From: Eledone cirrhosa | Taxonomy: Eukaryota | Length of the DNA: 64,000 nt | Direction: 5' to 3' | NCBI GenBank assembly: GCA_964016885.1 | Contig: OZ024748.1 | Coordinates: 5,022,001-5,086,000 of the forward strand | In this document: piece by piece, positions 30,253 to 45,544 of the stretch | Numbering within the stretch: the stretch's first letter is position 1 | Layout: every line of letters begins with the position of its first letter | The notes under the pieces: model-generated | Seen by the model: only the letters and a program-made list of their open reading frames with translations | What the model was told of the DNA's origin: nothing | Database searches by the model: none | Position numbers and translations under genes: made by a program

Positions 30253-30654
30253 TATAAGTATGTATACGTACATACATATATGTATACAGACGTATAGTAG
30301 TATTTATATATATATATACATACATGTACACATATTTATATATGTACGTATGGATTGACCGAACATTTATTATAATGCTCGGTTTGTTTGTAAACAGACA
30401 ACGCGAATTAAGCCGTACAGTGTTTAGCAGCCATCGTTGCACTTTTGTTCAACACTGGCAAAGGCAATATGTACTAGTTTCAAGCTTATTAGCTATCGTC
30501 ATCACCGTATACCTTCCTGCCAGATGATTAAACGTCTGAAAGTATATACTTTCCTTATGCATATTAACGGCTGAGCAGCCTAATTTGCATATCGAGTGAG
30601 TTAATCGGCCGCGCGCACCGAAAACGATAAATGGAAAAAATGAAACGAAATATT

Positions 30655-30716
30655 TATTCTATTCTATATATTTCAAGGGTACCAAACATTTTGGTACGCT
30701 ATCATCAGATAAAATA
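30655..30716 (-). ncRNA. Decayed hammerhead, family B
   Basis: CTGATGA, stem II GTACCAAA/TTTGGTAC and GAAA are present, but the U of the NUH site is replaced by G. Confidence 0.6.
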
Positions 30717-30892
30717 CAAAATGTTTTATAAATATTTGACATGACCAAGGATAATATACCTTAACGGTTCAAGTTATCCCTGGAAAGTCATTTAACATCA
30801 TTGAATACCTACTCCAGAAAACTGTCGAGTGCTCTGAATCAGTTATAAACATCTATATTTGTTGGATTTCCAACAAATTAAATATCTCTTCT

Positions 30893-31009
<117 letters not shown>

Positions 31010-31031
31010 TATGTATATATATATATATATA

Positions 31032-31186
31032 CAAGAGTTGCTCCAGGACTAGAACTGTTTCATTCGTGAGAAGAATGAAACAGTTCTAGTCCTGTAGAAG
31101 CTTTTCTATATTAACACTTTTATACTCTGCTATGTATTGAGTACCTTAGTTACTGTGGTTACCTGCGATTCAACCCGGAATAACTT
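31032..31186 (+). mobile_element. Family D element with a 22-bp fold-back at hammerhead stem II
   Basis: CAGGACTAGAACTGTTTCATTC gtgagaa GAATGAAACAGTTCTAGTCCTG, then a tail shared with 38100-38170. Confidence 0.75.
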
Positions 31187-31396
31187 ATATATATATATAT
31201 ACAGGTATATATCAAAAGCATGTATTGAGTTAGAAACTCAAAATAGTCTCATTACAGTAAAATTAGCTCCAGGAAAAAGGTTTTTCCGAGCCGTGTAGTA
31301 TAGTTAGTATTTGTTTCACCTTAGCGTTTCTGGACCATTACGATTTGAACGCATACATGTATATGTCTGTGTTCGTTTTTCTATTTTGCTCAGTTA

Positions 31397-31492
<96 letters not shown>

Positions 31493-31602
31493 CGGGTAAA
31501 ATTCCCGAGATCCATGGACGAGTTCTCTCCAGCGTCTGTCCCTCATTATCGCTTATTATTATTATTAAATATTTATATATATATATATATATTTATATAA
31601 AT

Positions 31603-31797
<195 letters not shown>

Positions 31798-31909
31798 TTA
31801 TATATATATAAATATTTAATAAATATTTGCTCTACGGTTCTTATATATTTTATATATATTTATCCTTATCGAGCCCTCTTTGGATTTTAGTCTTCAAATT
31901 TATTATTAT

Positions 31910-31977
<68 letters not shown>

Positions 31978-32209
31978 GACATTCTACAATATGTCCCCCT
32001 ATAGTATAAATGGTTGTCCTTGTAGCCAATATATTTAGCTCTGCTATCCTCCCACCTGCCAATCATTTACGTAATGTAACACTACAACGGCATTAGTGGG
32101 TACGGCGCTCTACTGAATCAGACACAATTCCTCTTCTCTCTCTCGATGAACATGCCACATTCTGCCTCTCGTTCTCTATCACACTTTTGTTCTTGCCTCC
32201 TCTCTCTAT

Positions 32210-32285
<76 letters not shown>

Positions 32286-32396
32286 TCTCTCTCTCTTTAT
32301 ATCTTTCATTCACTGCATACTGAAAATTACCAAAGCCTACTATCTGGATCCAATAAAATATACAAAGAATATATATATATATATATATATATAGAC

Positions 32397-32741
32397 AGTG
32401 ACGAAACATAGGTCAATTGCATGAACTCATAATCCTTTATTTACTGCTATATATATTTCGATGATAGCCATTGAATGGCTATGACCTCATATGTCCCAAG
32501 GCGCTGATACCATCAACACGAAAAACACAGAGCTGACATATCTAAAAACTGACTAACTGCCTGATGAGGTCATAGCCATTCAATGGCTATCATCGGAATA
32601 TATATAGCAGTAAATAAAGGATTATGAGTTCATGCAATTGACTTATGTTTCGTCACTATTATAACTCCGGAGCTTATATCTTCGTTGAGTGCTCCCTATC
32701 CGCATACTGAAGTACTGGATTTTTCCAACACTTTCTTGCTT
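32397..32741 (+). mobile_element. Family G fold-back element (about 93-bp arms, 75-nt spacer) plus tail
   Basis: Arms 32397-32489 and 32565-32657, flanked by (TA)n. Confidence 0.8.
32556..32611 (+). ncRNA. Hammerhead, family G (GAAA mutated to GGAA in this arm)
   Basis: ACTGC-CTGATGA-GGTCATAGCCATTCAATGGCTATCATC-GGAA-TATATA-TA|GCAGT; the inverted arm keeps GAAA. Confidence 0.75.
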
Positions 32742-32755
32742 ATATATATATACAT

Positions 32756-32833
32756 ATAGAATGTCTCCAAAAAAGGTATACACATTTTTATTAGAATGCT
32801 ATTGAAGTGTGTATACATTTTTAAGACACCCTA
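32756..32833. mobile_element. Tc1/mariner-type MITE, second copy
   Basis: Internal TTATTAGAATGCTATTGAAGTGTGTATA is the reverse complement of about 12881-12908; decayed inverted termini. Confidence 0.55.
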
Positions 32834-33477
32834 CATATATATATATACATTAACTCATTAGAGTTAATGATTAAGTAAAAAAGATCTGTTAAATTTTTGT
32901 TTAACTAGGACGAAAATAAACACAAAAATATCATAAATATCTATGAATGTATGAGTGTATGGGAGTGGGAAACAATCAGAGTTAACATCCAGTCGCCCTA
33001 CTCTCCAAAACGAGTCGCTAGGGACAGGATTTGTAACGTCTTGTCACAAAGAATATTAAATATATGCGGTAGTTAACATAAAGCACAATATAGGACTTAT
33101 TTATGTTTTCGTCCATTTTTTTTTTATTGGATTGTGGTGGTGGTGGTTGGGTAGAAATCAGAAATACTGAATGAGGCCCTCCTGCCTATTTATTTATATA
33201 TTTATTGGTAGGGCTGTCGTGTAGCGGGATATATTTATCTATATTTACTTTTGAAAGAAGCGTGTGTTTGGGCAGCGTATCTGTTCCTATTAAATATTAG
33301 TAGTGACCTAGTAGGAAGATTATCTATCATGGCAACATTACAAGTCAGAGTGCATGGGTATTGAGGAAATATAACATAGCACGTAGAAACGATGAAACAT
33401 CATCGGATCAATTAAAAATATCTGCTCCTGCTCTATATGTAGAGTCCTAAACTAGTTTTTAACAGTTAGACATATAC

Positions 33478-33490
33478 ATCAGTTCAATGG

Positions 33491-33536
<46 letters not shown>

Positions 33537-33549
33537 CCCCATTCAATGG

Positions 33550-33607
<58 letters not shown>

Positions 33608-33620
33608 CCCCATTCAATGG

Positions 33621-33702
<82 letters not shown>

Positions 33703-33752
33703 CCCCATTCAATGGGTGTATATATATATATATATGCACCCATTGAACTGAT
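33478..33752. repeat. Palindromic-unit array with (TA)n spacers and inverted termini
   Basis: TGCACCCCCATTCAATGGGTG three times; ends ATCAGTTCAATGGGTG / CACCCATTGAACTGAT. Confidence 0.85.
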
Positions 33753-34795
33753 ATATATATATATATATATCAGATTACAAAATATGAGGAAAAAATAGAC
33801 AAAAATATACCTATTTTTTCTTCAAAGTCACGACTGCAGTTTCGGCGATCCGTTTGTAACGTCTACACTATAAAAATGCATCATCACTGTGAGGCTGATA
33901 CGGTTTATCAAGAGACCCCGCAGAAAAAGGCCAGTTTATATATATATATATACACATGTTTCTGAATTAGACAGAAGGTCAACATTTATTTGGGGCGTCG
34001 GGGTCGGGTGGAGGGTGGGGGGTAGCATAAGTTGAAAAACCTTCTGAATACTCAAAATCCTATATCGGCGACCACCATTTCTACCAGTGGGCTATGTCAC
34101 ACAGGTTTGGAAACCCTGGGTTTGACTGACCAGCTCAGGATCTTTACCCCACTCTAATCAGCAGGCAACAATGTGTTGTGTATGAAATTTTAAAGACCTA
34201 GCCTTGTTATCATTGCTGAGACACTCACAAGCTAACTACGTTATAGTGTGGTGCTCTAAGAATGTAATTCTGAAAGAGATTTCTCGTGTGAGTGTGGGAT
34301 AAAGTTGACCTCTTGAATTACAGGGGTAGCCCATCCGCCAGGCTTGCAAATAGCTTCCGCTACAAAATTTAAGGAACAATGCCTGGGTTGACATGAGAAT
34401 GTAGCAAATAACACTTTTTTTCAAATTGTCACAGGGTGGGATTAAACACATTACTTTATGACTACGAAGCAAACTTCTTAACGATGCGGCCATGTTGAAT
34501 CCAATGATAGTTATTACCAATGAAGGAATCAACCAACCAAACAATCAAGTAATAAATCAACCAATCAGCAACCAGTGATAGAAAGCGAGTGAGCGAGAGA
34601 GAGAGAGAGGGGGGGGACTGGGAGAGAGAGAGAGAGAGAGCGAGTAAAAAAAGCAAGTGAGTGGCAGAGAGAGGGAGAAAGAGAGTGTGTGTGAGAGAGA
34701 GGAGGGTGTAGAGAGATATAACATATGGAAATTGCTATAGGGTATTAATCGTCCGCGCCAAAACTTTAGGGAAGCTTAAAGGAGAATGTGTGTGA

Positions 34796-34861
<66 letters not shown>

Positions 34862-36332
34862 TGTAGTGAGTGAGATGGAGGGGAATCTGAAATTTAAATC
34901 AATTTTACGGCAATAGCGCTCCCTCTCTCTCTCTCTCACACATACTTTATATATATATATGTATATATGTATATATAGGTATATATGTATATATAGGTAT
35001 ATATGTATATATATACATATATATATGTGTATATACACATATATATATATGTATATATGTATATATATATATATATAACATCAGCATATGAATGAGATGA
35101 CAGACACCATCCCTCTTAAACCTTGCGAGAGAGAGAGGTAGAGAGAGAGGGGGAGGGATAGAGGGAGAGAGAGAGAGAGAGAGTAACGCAAATTAAAAAA
35201 ACATGAAATCACACCCTGTTTCTCTTCTCTCGCCCAATTTCTTACACCTTCTCTCTGTCTTTTTGCCTCTCCCTTTAAATTTCACTCCAACACCCACGTC
35301 TCTCTCTGGCTGTCTCTATCCTTCTCTGTCATAACACACACATACTCCCCCTCTCTCTCGCTTACACAAATTCATTTTCAATATATCTCTCTCACACACA
35401 TACTCACTCTCTATCTCCCACTCTCTCTGTTTCTCTCTCTCACTCTCTCTATGTCGCTCTACCTTTGCTGGGATTGAAATCCTGTCTCCAAACTCTCTCT
35501 ATTTTAATAAAAATGATTCGTCCGTCCATCAGCCCCAGTTAACGGATATTATCCTATTTGGTAGCGCGTGAAATTATATTTCTTACTTCAACCCCACCCA
35601 CACCGCCTTGCAACACCCACACCACCTTGTAACCCCCCTCCCCCTATCACATCCACCCCACTAATACACAGACTAAACAACAAAAAACACTACATACACA
35701 CACCACTATTACTAATACCATCACTACTAATACACATACACCATCATGAACGCCAACATGACTACTAATAAACCTATACCCAGCACCCTACCATCTACCA
35801 CTACCACCACTACACCTACCACCACCACCACTACACCTACCACCACCACCAATAGACCAACCACCACCACACCACCACCACCACCATCACTAACACCTCC
35901 AGTTCCAATACACCTACTATTACTACCACCACCACCACCACTACCACCACCACCACTACCATCTTCGACACCACCAATACCACTTTCCACTACCACCACC
36001 ACAACCACCATCTCCAGCTCCAATAGACCTTCTATTACCACCACCACCACAACCGCCACCACAACCACAACAACCGCCGCCACCACCACCACCACCACCA
36101 CCACCACCATCACCACCACCACCACCACTGCCACTACCTCCACCCCATAATGTCCTTGTAATGTTTAACTAATTTGCAAAAAGAAAAAAAAAACTCAAAT
36201 GAAAATAAACAAAATATGGAGGAATCCCAGACACTGCTTGGAAATAGAGCAGGTTGTTATTTAAATATATTATATTATTGTTGTTGCAATTGTTGTTGCT
36301 GTTGTTGTTGTTGTTATTGTTATTGTTGTTGT

Positions 36333-36367
<35 letters not shown>

Positions 36368-36399
36368 ATTGTTGTTGTTGTTATTGTTGTTGTTGTTGC

Positions 36400-36430
<31 letters not shown>

Positions 36431-36707
36431 GCTCTTGTTGTTGAATATAGAAAGCCGTTCTAGTTTACAATGTACTTTGGCAACTGTTGTTGTTGTTGAT
36501 ATTGTAGTTGTTGCTTCTAACGCTATTCATAGTAAATTTTTTTTTTATTCTCATGATTGAACGTGTTATTGTTGTTGTTATTGTTGTTATTGTTGTTGAA
36601 TTTAAAAGCTGGTTGGCAATGTACTTTGGCAAATGATATGTCACTGTAATGGTTAGTTAAGAACAACCAATGAGATTGTTTCATAGCTGACTGGATAGAG
36701 ATTTCTT

Positions 36708-36763
<56 letters not shown>

Positions 36764-37082
36764 ATACATACATACATACATACATACATACATACATACA
36801 TACATACATACATACATGATATGTTTCTTTATTAGCCACAAGGGCACAAAAGAAGTGGACAAATAGATAGATACATGATAGATAGATAGATACATACATA
36901 GATATATACATATATACATACATATATGTATATATACCTACATAGATACATGACGACGGTGATGATGATGATGATGATAATAAATAAAAATATGATGAAA
37001 TGAGGAAATTCATCACCTTTTAAAAAGGGGTGATTATACACACACACACTCAATATATATATATATATTGTTATACTTGGGG

Positions 37083-37197
<115 letters not shown>

Positions 37198-37451
37198 AAT
37201 TTATAGATAGACAGATACTGATACAGGACTAGACATGTTTCGTTCATACGAGTGAAACATATTTAGAGAGATATAACTCCTGTATGTGTTATAGAAAGTC
37301 TATTTAAATTCTAACCGAAATTCAACATTTTTAGTCAATACAGACACGCATATGTATATATATATATATATTTAATTTATATATATATATATATAATATA
37401 TGTATATAATATATATATATATATATATATAATATATGTATATAATATATG

Positions 37452-37536
<85 letters not shown>

Positions 37537-37563
37537 ATATTTATATATATATATATATATAAT

Positions 37564-37641
<78 letters not shown>

Positions 37642-37642
37642 G

Positions 37643-37687
<45 letters not shown>

Positions 37688-37826
37688 ATATATTATATAT
37701 ATATATATATTATATATATATATTATATATATATATATATTATATATATATATATATATTATATATATATATATTATATATATATATATATTATATATAT
37801 ATATATTATATATATATAATATATAT

Positions 37827-37862
<36 letters not shown>

Positions 37863-37991
37863 ATATATAATATATGTATAATATATAATTGTTTCTACTT
37901 TTGGCACAAGGCCAGCAATTATCCAGTGCATTACTGGTACTTTATTATCGACCCCGTAAAGATGATATATATATAATATATAATATATTTA

Positions 37992-38170
37992 ATATAGAAA
38001 GGCTTCTACAGGACTAGAACTGTTTCATTCTGGAGAAATCATCAGGATGAATTCTCCCGAATGAAACAGTTCTAGTCCTGTAGAAGTCTTTCTATATAAA
38101 ATATTCATACTCTGCTTTGTATTGAGTACCTTACTTACTATGGTTACCCCCGATTGAACCAGGATAAACA
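37992..38170 (+). mobile_element. Family D fold-back element with a hammerhead core in the inverted arm
   Basis: Arms 37992-38043 and 38046-38097; minus strand reads CTGATGA-TTTC tcca GAAT-GAAA-CAG ttctagtc CTG-TA|GAAG. Confidence 0.8.
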
Positions 38171-38590
38171 TATAATATATATAATATATATATGGGGGGG
38201 GGTATGTGTGTGCGTGTGTGTATCTAGAAATGAAGAGGGTGTGAAGGGTGAGTATATACCCACAATTTACATGTTACCAAGTATCAACAGTGACAAGTTG
38301 ACAGGCATAAGATTCTGATATAGGCCAATGGCTTGCAAATCTTAGGTCTTGTGAGTTAACCACAGCAGGACCTCTCTCTCTCTCTCTCCCCTCTCTCCCT
38401 GTTTATGTCTCTCGCCTCTCTCTCTGTTTATGTCTCTCTCCCCCTCTCTCTCTCGCCTCTCTCTCTGTTTATGTCTCTCTGCCCCTCTCTCTCTCTCTCG
38501 CCTCTCTCTCTGTTTATGTCTCTCTGCCCCCCTCTCTCTCTCTCGCCTTCTCTCTCTGTTTATGTCTCTCTCCCTCTCGCTCTCTCTCTC

Positions 38591-38655
<65 letters not shown>

Positions 38656-38776
38656 CTGTCTGTGTTTCAATCTCATTGACCTCGCACATCTTAATATGAC
38701 AGGTGATCAAGCAAGGTGTGTGTGCGTGTGTGTTTGTATTGGTTAGAATGCTAGTGAGCGTGTGTAGCTGTCCACT

Positions 38777-39514
38777 TCATACGTTTCTATAGTTGCTGGT
38801 GGTGGTTGTAGTGGTGGTGGCAGTGATGGTGGTTGTGGTGGTGGTTGTAGTGGTGGTGGCAGTGATGGTGGTGCTGGTGGTGGTTGTAGTGGTGATGGCA
38901 GTGATGGTGGTGCTGGTGGTGGTTGTAGTGGTGATGGCAGTGATGGTGGTTGTGAGGAGAGGAGGAGGAAGAGGAGGAGGAGGTGGTAGTTCTGAAGGTC
39001 TGTACAAGTCCATTGGTCCAGCCTGGTTCAAAGGTGCTATTGTCGTTGTTATTATTGTTGAAGGTGGGTTATGGGGTGTATTGAGGCAGCGGGGGTTAGT
39101 AGTGGTGATGGTTGTGATGGTAGTGGTGGTGGTGGCGGTAGTTGTGGTGTTGGTGGTGGTGGTGGTGTTGGTGGTGGTGGTGGTGGTGTTGGTGGTGATG
39201 GTTGTGAGGGTGGTGGGGTTGGTGGTGATGAATGTGAGGGTGTGTGGTAGTGGTGATGGTTGTGAGGGTGGTGGTGCTAGTGGTGAGAACGTGTGGTAGT
39301 GGTGGCGGTGGTAGTGGTAGTGGTAGTGGTGGTGGTAGTGGTGATGGTTGTGAGGGTGGTGGTGTTGGTGTTGATGGTTGTCAGGGTGTGTGGTAGAGGT
39401 GGTGGTGGTGAGGTCGTGTGGTAGTGGTGGTGGTGGTGGTGGTGGTGGTGGTGGTGGTGGTGGTGGTGATAGTGGTGGTAGTGATGATGGTTGTGAGGGT
39501 GTATAACTGGCCAT
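38777..39514 (-). CDS. Low-complexity Pro/His/Thr ORF, possible exon
   Basis: 245-codon ORF from GGATGG; complex islands MASYTPSQPSS, NPRCLNTPHNPPS and APLNQAGPMDLYRPSEL; possible donor AAC|GTATGA; ACC repeats lack stops, so length is weak evidence. Confidence 0.2.
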   Translation of the reverse strand: MASYTPSQPSSLPPLSPPPPPPPPPPPPPPLPHDLTTTTSTTHPDNHQHQHHHPHNHHHYHHHYHYHYHRHHYHTFSPLAPPPSQPSPLPHTLTFITTNPTTLTTITTNTTTTTTNTTTTTNTTTTATTTTTITTITTTNPRCLNTPHNPPSTIITTTIAPLNQAGPMDLYRPSELPPPPPLPPPLLTTTITAITTTTTTSTTITAITTTTTTSTTITATTTTTTTTTTITATTTTTTTSNYRNV

Positions 39515-40243
39515 CCATTAGCTCTCAATGAAGCCCTCCACCATTGAGGCGTCACATTACTCCTCGTCAGTGCAGGACAGGTAAGAACGAAATTAGGGAT
39601 GAGTCACGATGATAGCTTTGGTGAATACGGAGGTGATGGTGGTAACGATGGTGGTGATGGTGGGGTGGTAGTGTTGTGGTTGTTGGTGTTGGTTGGTAGA
39701 TACTGGTGGTAGTTGTATGATGGTAGTTGTGATGGTAGTGTTGTTGTGGTTGTTGGTGGGAAGATACTGGTGATAGTGTTAACGAATATGTTGGTGATGG
39801 TGGAGTGGTAGTGTTGCGGTTGTTGTTGATGTTGGTGAAGATACTGGCAATGGTGGTAATGATGGTGTTGGTGGTGGTGCGGTGGACGTGTTGTTGTTGG
39901 TATTGGTGGTGAGTTGTGGTACTGGTTGAGGTAGTTTTAGTTCAAGAATTAAAGACCTCGACGAGGGTAGTACTGTTTAATCCAGTTTTCATATCTATAC
40001 TATTTAAAATAAAATTAAATCTTCCCTCCTGATATATCGCATACCCTACGTATTTTAACTGCGTTCTCAATGTAGTGTCATGTAATTAACACTAGCAAAA
40101 CAACAGCTTAGAGATTACATCTCAGAGGTTTCGGTATATTTTAAAGTAAACAAACACCGTAGAACGAAGAGTAGTTCTGTGTTATTTCTCATATCATTTA
40201 CATTGTCTCTTTCAGTATTTCGTGTTCAAGCCGAGAAATACAT

Positions 40244-40320
<77 letters not shown>

Positions 40321-40336
40321 TGTATATATATATATA

Positions 40337-40369
<33 letters not shown>

Positions 40370-40390
40370 GTGTGTGTATATATATATATA

Positions 40391-40437
<47 letters not shown>

Positions 40438-40669
40438 ATTGTTTTCTATCTTCTCTTTTACTCCACTGTACGGTGTTTTGCTTGTGCAGACACAGTGACC
40501 CGGGATGGACCAGTAGTACCATTTTTAGGGGTCGAAACTGCCCAGGTCCATCTCAACGGCCAATGACCATGAAGTTCTGTGTCCTTCGTTTATATTTTTA
40601 TTAAAAATTGTTTTTCGTTTTGTTTCAGTTCGTTGTCTTGTCCCTTCTTTGTTAATTTTCTTAAGTTTT

Positions 40670-40718
<49 letters not shown>

Positions 40719-40881
40719 CCGACTTACACATTCACATATGCATTCATTTACACACACACATTCTAGAAAAATTAATTAAGTATGAAAAGAAAGCAAGAAA
40801 ATAGAAACAACGTTTCTGTAGAAAACCTGACCCCAATGTTTATAGATATATTCTAAATACTAAAACTTTATTCTTCCCACA

Positions 40882-40969
<88 letters not shown>

Positions 40970-41076
40970 TGATTTAGAGAGATGTGTTTAGTTGGTCGAA
41001 AAAAAAAAGTAACAATTACAACAGTAAGGGTACACACAGACGCAGACACAAATATTTATATATACATATGTATATG

Positions 41077-41134
<58 letters not shown>

Positions 41135-41335
41135 TAGGGAGAGAGATAGGGGGGGGGAGTGAAGTGAACAGCGGGTGCGCGTGCAATGGAGTCGTCACGC
41201 CGGCGGTAAAGTCAATATTTATTTCCAGCTCTTATTATTATCGCACTATTTTCACAGGTGTTAAAGGGCAGATAACTCAAACGTCTAAACATGGCCAACA
41301 ATCCACGCGCGTCTATGTCGTCGTCACGTACGTGC

Positions 41336-41390
<55 letters not shown>

Positions 41391-41604
41391 TAAATATATA
41401 TATTCATATATATATATACACACATATATACACACATATATACGTATTCATATATATATATCCACACATATATATGTTTCTAAACGGCTTGAACTCTGCC
41501 GTCGGGGTCATACTTTTTCCTATTTCCCACTTTACTACTTTAAGTATTGAGTACTCTGGTGCGTTATGGTCCATCTGGTTCCTTACCACATTTCCTTTGT
41601 TATT

Positions 41605-41674
<70 letters not shown>

Positions 41675-41734
41675 GGAAAATTTGAACAGGGACAAAACAG
41701 AGAGGCAGTACAACAAATGTTTATTAATTTCACG

Positions 41735-41834
<100 letters not shown>

Positions 41835-42015
41835 CATGTATGAGACTATATATATATATATATATATTCAATCTAGAAGCTTCAATCGGTGTGTACCGAG
41901 ACGTATAAAGAAACCTGTTAGTACATACCAAAATACCATTAAGAAAAATATATAGCATTATCTTGTATTTCTGGAAATTTCTGGAAATTTCATTCTGATG
42001 TTCCTGGTGCAGTTG

Positions 42016-42154
<139 letters not shown>

Positions 42155-42461
42155 ACATATATATATATATATATATGTATTGTATATACACATATATAGA
42201 TTATACCAAAATCAAATATTTGAGAATGTATTGAAGACTAAAACAACATTAACTGTAACTTAATATATATTCATATAAACATATATTCATATATATACAT
42301 ACACACATGCCGTTAAGGGTGAAAGCAGCGATTCTTTGCTTAAACTTTAATCTGTTATTTTAATAAATATTTGCTTTACAGTTCTTATATATTTGATATA
42401 TATTTATCCCTGTCGAGTCCCCTTGGAATTTAGTCGTCTAATTTATTATTACTATATATAT

Positions 42462-42495
<34 letters not shown>

Positions 42496-42570
42496 ATTAC
42501 ATATATATATATATATATATATATAAATATTTCTACATATATACATATATACATACATACATAAAAACAG

Positions 42571-42609
<39 letters not shown>

Positions 42610-43829
42610 CAAACATACATACATACACAGAAGCAAAGTTACTAGTAAGTAAACATGTAATACAGATGTAACCCCTACAGCTATCTAAAGATACTATACT
42701 GAAATTTGTAACTGATTCATTCAATCACCTGAAACACGAGCATGGAGTACATAGGGAGTCATACCTTGGGAGGGCGGTTTTGATAGCGAAACTGAACTAA
42801 TCAGAGGCTTAAAATTTGATTCTAATGATGTTGTGTGTCTATTATCCCAGATTTCGTGGCCTTAGGTGAAAAATAATGAAGTTATTTAAGGCAAGATGAT
42901 ATAAGAGAAGCATGTATGTTATTCTCAGTGGGTTAACATATCTTAGTGGGGATTTAAAAATGTATTTCTTACTTTGTTATATTCATAGAATATGAATCTA
43001 AATTAAATTTCAATGACTGATTATTTCTAAGACACTGGCCTCAAAATGCATCAGTGGTTGTATTACCGGGGTCCTACAATTTCAGGTGCTTCTAAAATTG
43101 TAGGACCTTACATCTGCAGTAATATATATACACATACATAAATATATATATACACACATATATATATATATATATATATACATATATACAAACATATAAA
43201 TCTGTATGTATACTGCCCTAATATCAGTCATGTTATATTCCTGTACCTCTCTATAGGATTCTTCAAACCAAATATCTGTCTTAGCCACACGCAAAGTAGC
43301 AGCAGTAGTAGTAGTAGTAGTAGTAGTAACCATGACAACTCTAGAGCTATTTGTTAGAAGACGTAAATATTCTCTAATGTCTATTCCTTTACTCAATTTA
43401 TTCGTTCATTTGTTCATTCGATTATTCCAATAACATCTTAACTTTAGCCTCTTAGAAACACACACGCACGCACACACATACACACACACACACAAATCAC
43501 TTCTCTTTTCATGTATATGACCAGCTGCTTTCTCCCTCGTTACTTTCCATCTTAGTTTTCCAAACCCTCTCCCCCCCCTCTCTCTCTCTCCCCACTATCT
43601 TTCTCTCTCACACTCTCTTTCTTCTTACTATCTCTCTCCCTTCACACTATCTTTCTCTCTCTCTCTCTCACTCTCACCCCTCACCACATCTCTCACTATA
43701 TATACCTCTCGTCTCTCTCTCTCTATGAATATGTATAATGTACTTATAAATATGTAACGTGCATTAATACATAGGAATAAAATATTAATTGAGATTAGTA
43801 ACACCACTATTTAAATGTGCACCATATAC

Positions 43830-43924
43830 TTTAAGGGATGTAGAGTTTTAATATTATTATAGGACACACATGTCCTTTTAAGGGATGTAGAGTTTTAATA
43901 TTATTATAGGACACACATGTCCTT
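43830..43924. repeat. 47-bp tandem duplication
   Basis: TTAAGGGATGTAGAG... starts at 43831 and 43878. Confidence 0.9.
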
Positions 43925-44637
43925 CGATCAAGCTTAAACCCATTTCAATGACAAAAAACGGTCTAAGTTTCTCTTTCTTTTAATGTTTTTATGATATATA
44001 TATTATAAAAGAGAGAATGAGAGGGTGAAAATGGGAGAGCCAGCAAGACGTATAATGGTAAGAAACTCTCAGGAGTACTGGACAACAAAAGGTGTACAGA
44101 CGAGAAACCATCCTCAAGTGAGAGCTTCGGCCCTTAACATTTTGTGTATATGTATGTAGACACAGAGAATGTATTTCATATTAACTTTCATACTCCACAT
44201 AGAGTGATATCTATCTTTACCATGAAACCCTGGATTTAACCACAGTAAAACCTTAACCAATGTTAACAACACAGCTCAAAAACATATTTAATACCCCTGC
44301 TAAGCCACCCACGCCAATACTAAGAACGGTAAAACCACTACGAAGAATCCTCATTGATCCTGGATTGATCTGCTAAATATAGCAACAAAAGCTCTATAAA
44401 ATCACACCATAAAGTCTTTGCAAACTATAAAAGGAAGATCATATAAGATAGGTCAGTAAGAAATATTGTAAAAGATAGGTGGGGGGGGGGGGGGCGCACT
44501 ACATGAAGACATCAGGTCTAACGTAGGATCAGTTGTACTGCTTAAAATAACTTCAGATTCAGAACAATGAGCACATATATATATATATATACACCGACTA
44601 ACACACCCATCCATATATAAACACAAACATATATATA

Positions 44638-44826
44638 TAGAAGTGGTTACACAACAGTTAGTTCACCATACCGGGAACAATTGTTTCACCTTAACGGATC
44701 CTCAGCCCGTAAGGTGAAACAATTGTTCTCGGTATGGTGAACTAACTGTTGTGTAACCACTTCTACCTAACTCGTCCCATGGACTGAGTGCTCTACCATT
44801 ACGGATATTACCTTCCAGTGTTCTAC

Positions 44827-44830
<4 letters not shown>
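44638..44830 (+). mobile_element. Family E fold-back element; complete hammerhead on minus strand at 44669-44711
   Basis: Minus strand: TACGGG-CTGAGGA-TCC gttaa GGT-GAAA-CAATTG-TT|CCCGGTA; tail matches 56440-56505. Confidence 0.8.
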
Positions 44831-44872
<42 letters not shown>

Positions 44873-45224
44873 CAAAGGAAATGTGGTAAGGAACCAGATG
44901 GACCATAACGCACCAGAGTACTCAATACTTAGGGTAGTAGAGTGGGCGTCGAAACGGCTTGGGCTCTGCCGTCGGGGTCATACTTTTTACTATATATATA
45001 TATATATATATAAATGCATACACACATACACACACATATATACACTCGCCTATATTCATGTATGTTTGTATGTGTGTGTGAATGCATGTGTATTTGTGTG
45101 TGGCCATAGTAATAACGCATATCTGAAATAATATTGATGTTGTCATGCGAAAAATATTGAAAAATATAAGTACTTTTCACATATTAGCCCCTACCACCTC
45201 AATGTATACGTATGTATGTATACG

Positions 45225-45382
<158 letters not shown>

Positions 45383-45487
45383 TCACAGACAGATAGATTA
45401 TAACTATAAGTATAAATTTTCATAACTCTTCAGTGAACTCTGTTAGTAATTATCCGCAACATTTTCCATTATTAGTTCTAAAACTAT

Positions 45488-45544
<57 letters not shown>

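Noticed and set aside
33478-33752. CRISPR-like repeat-spacer look (also 24815-25800)
   Set aside because: Spacers are (TA)n or absent, there are no cas genes, and the context is eukaryotic
39540-39572. CTGACGA hammerhead-like core on the minus strand
   Set aside because: No GAAA or stem III at a suitable distance
42889-42898. AGGCAAGATG matches the miR-31 5' end (also TGAAAGACAT like miR-71 near 15733)
   Set aside because: Match stops at 10 nt and no precursor hairpin is evident
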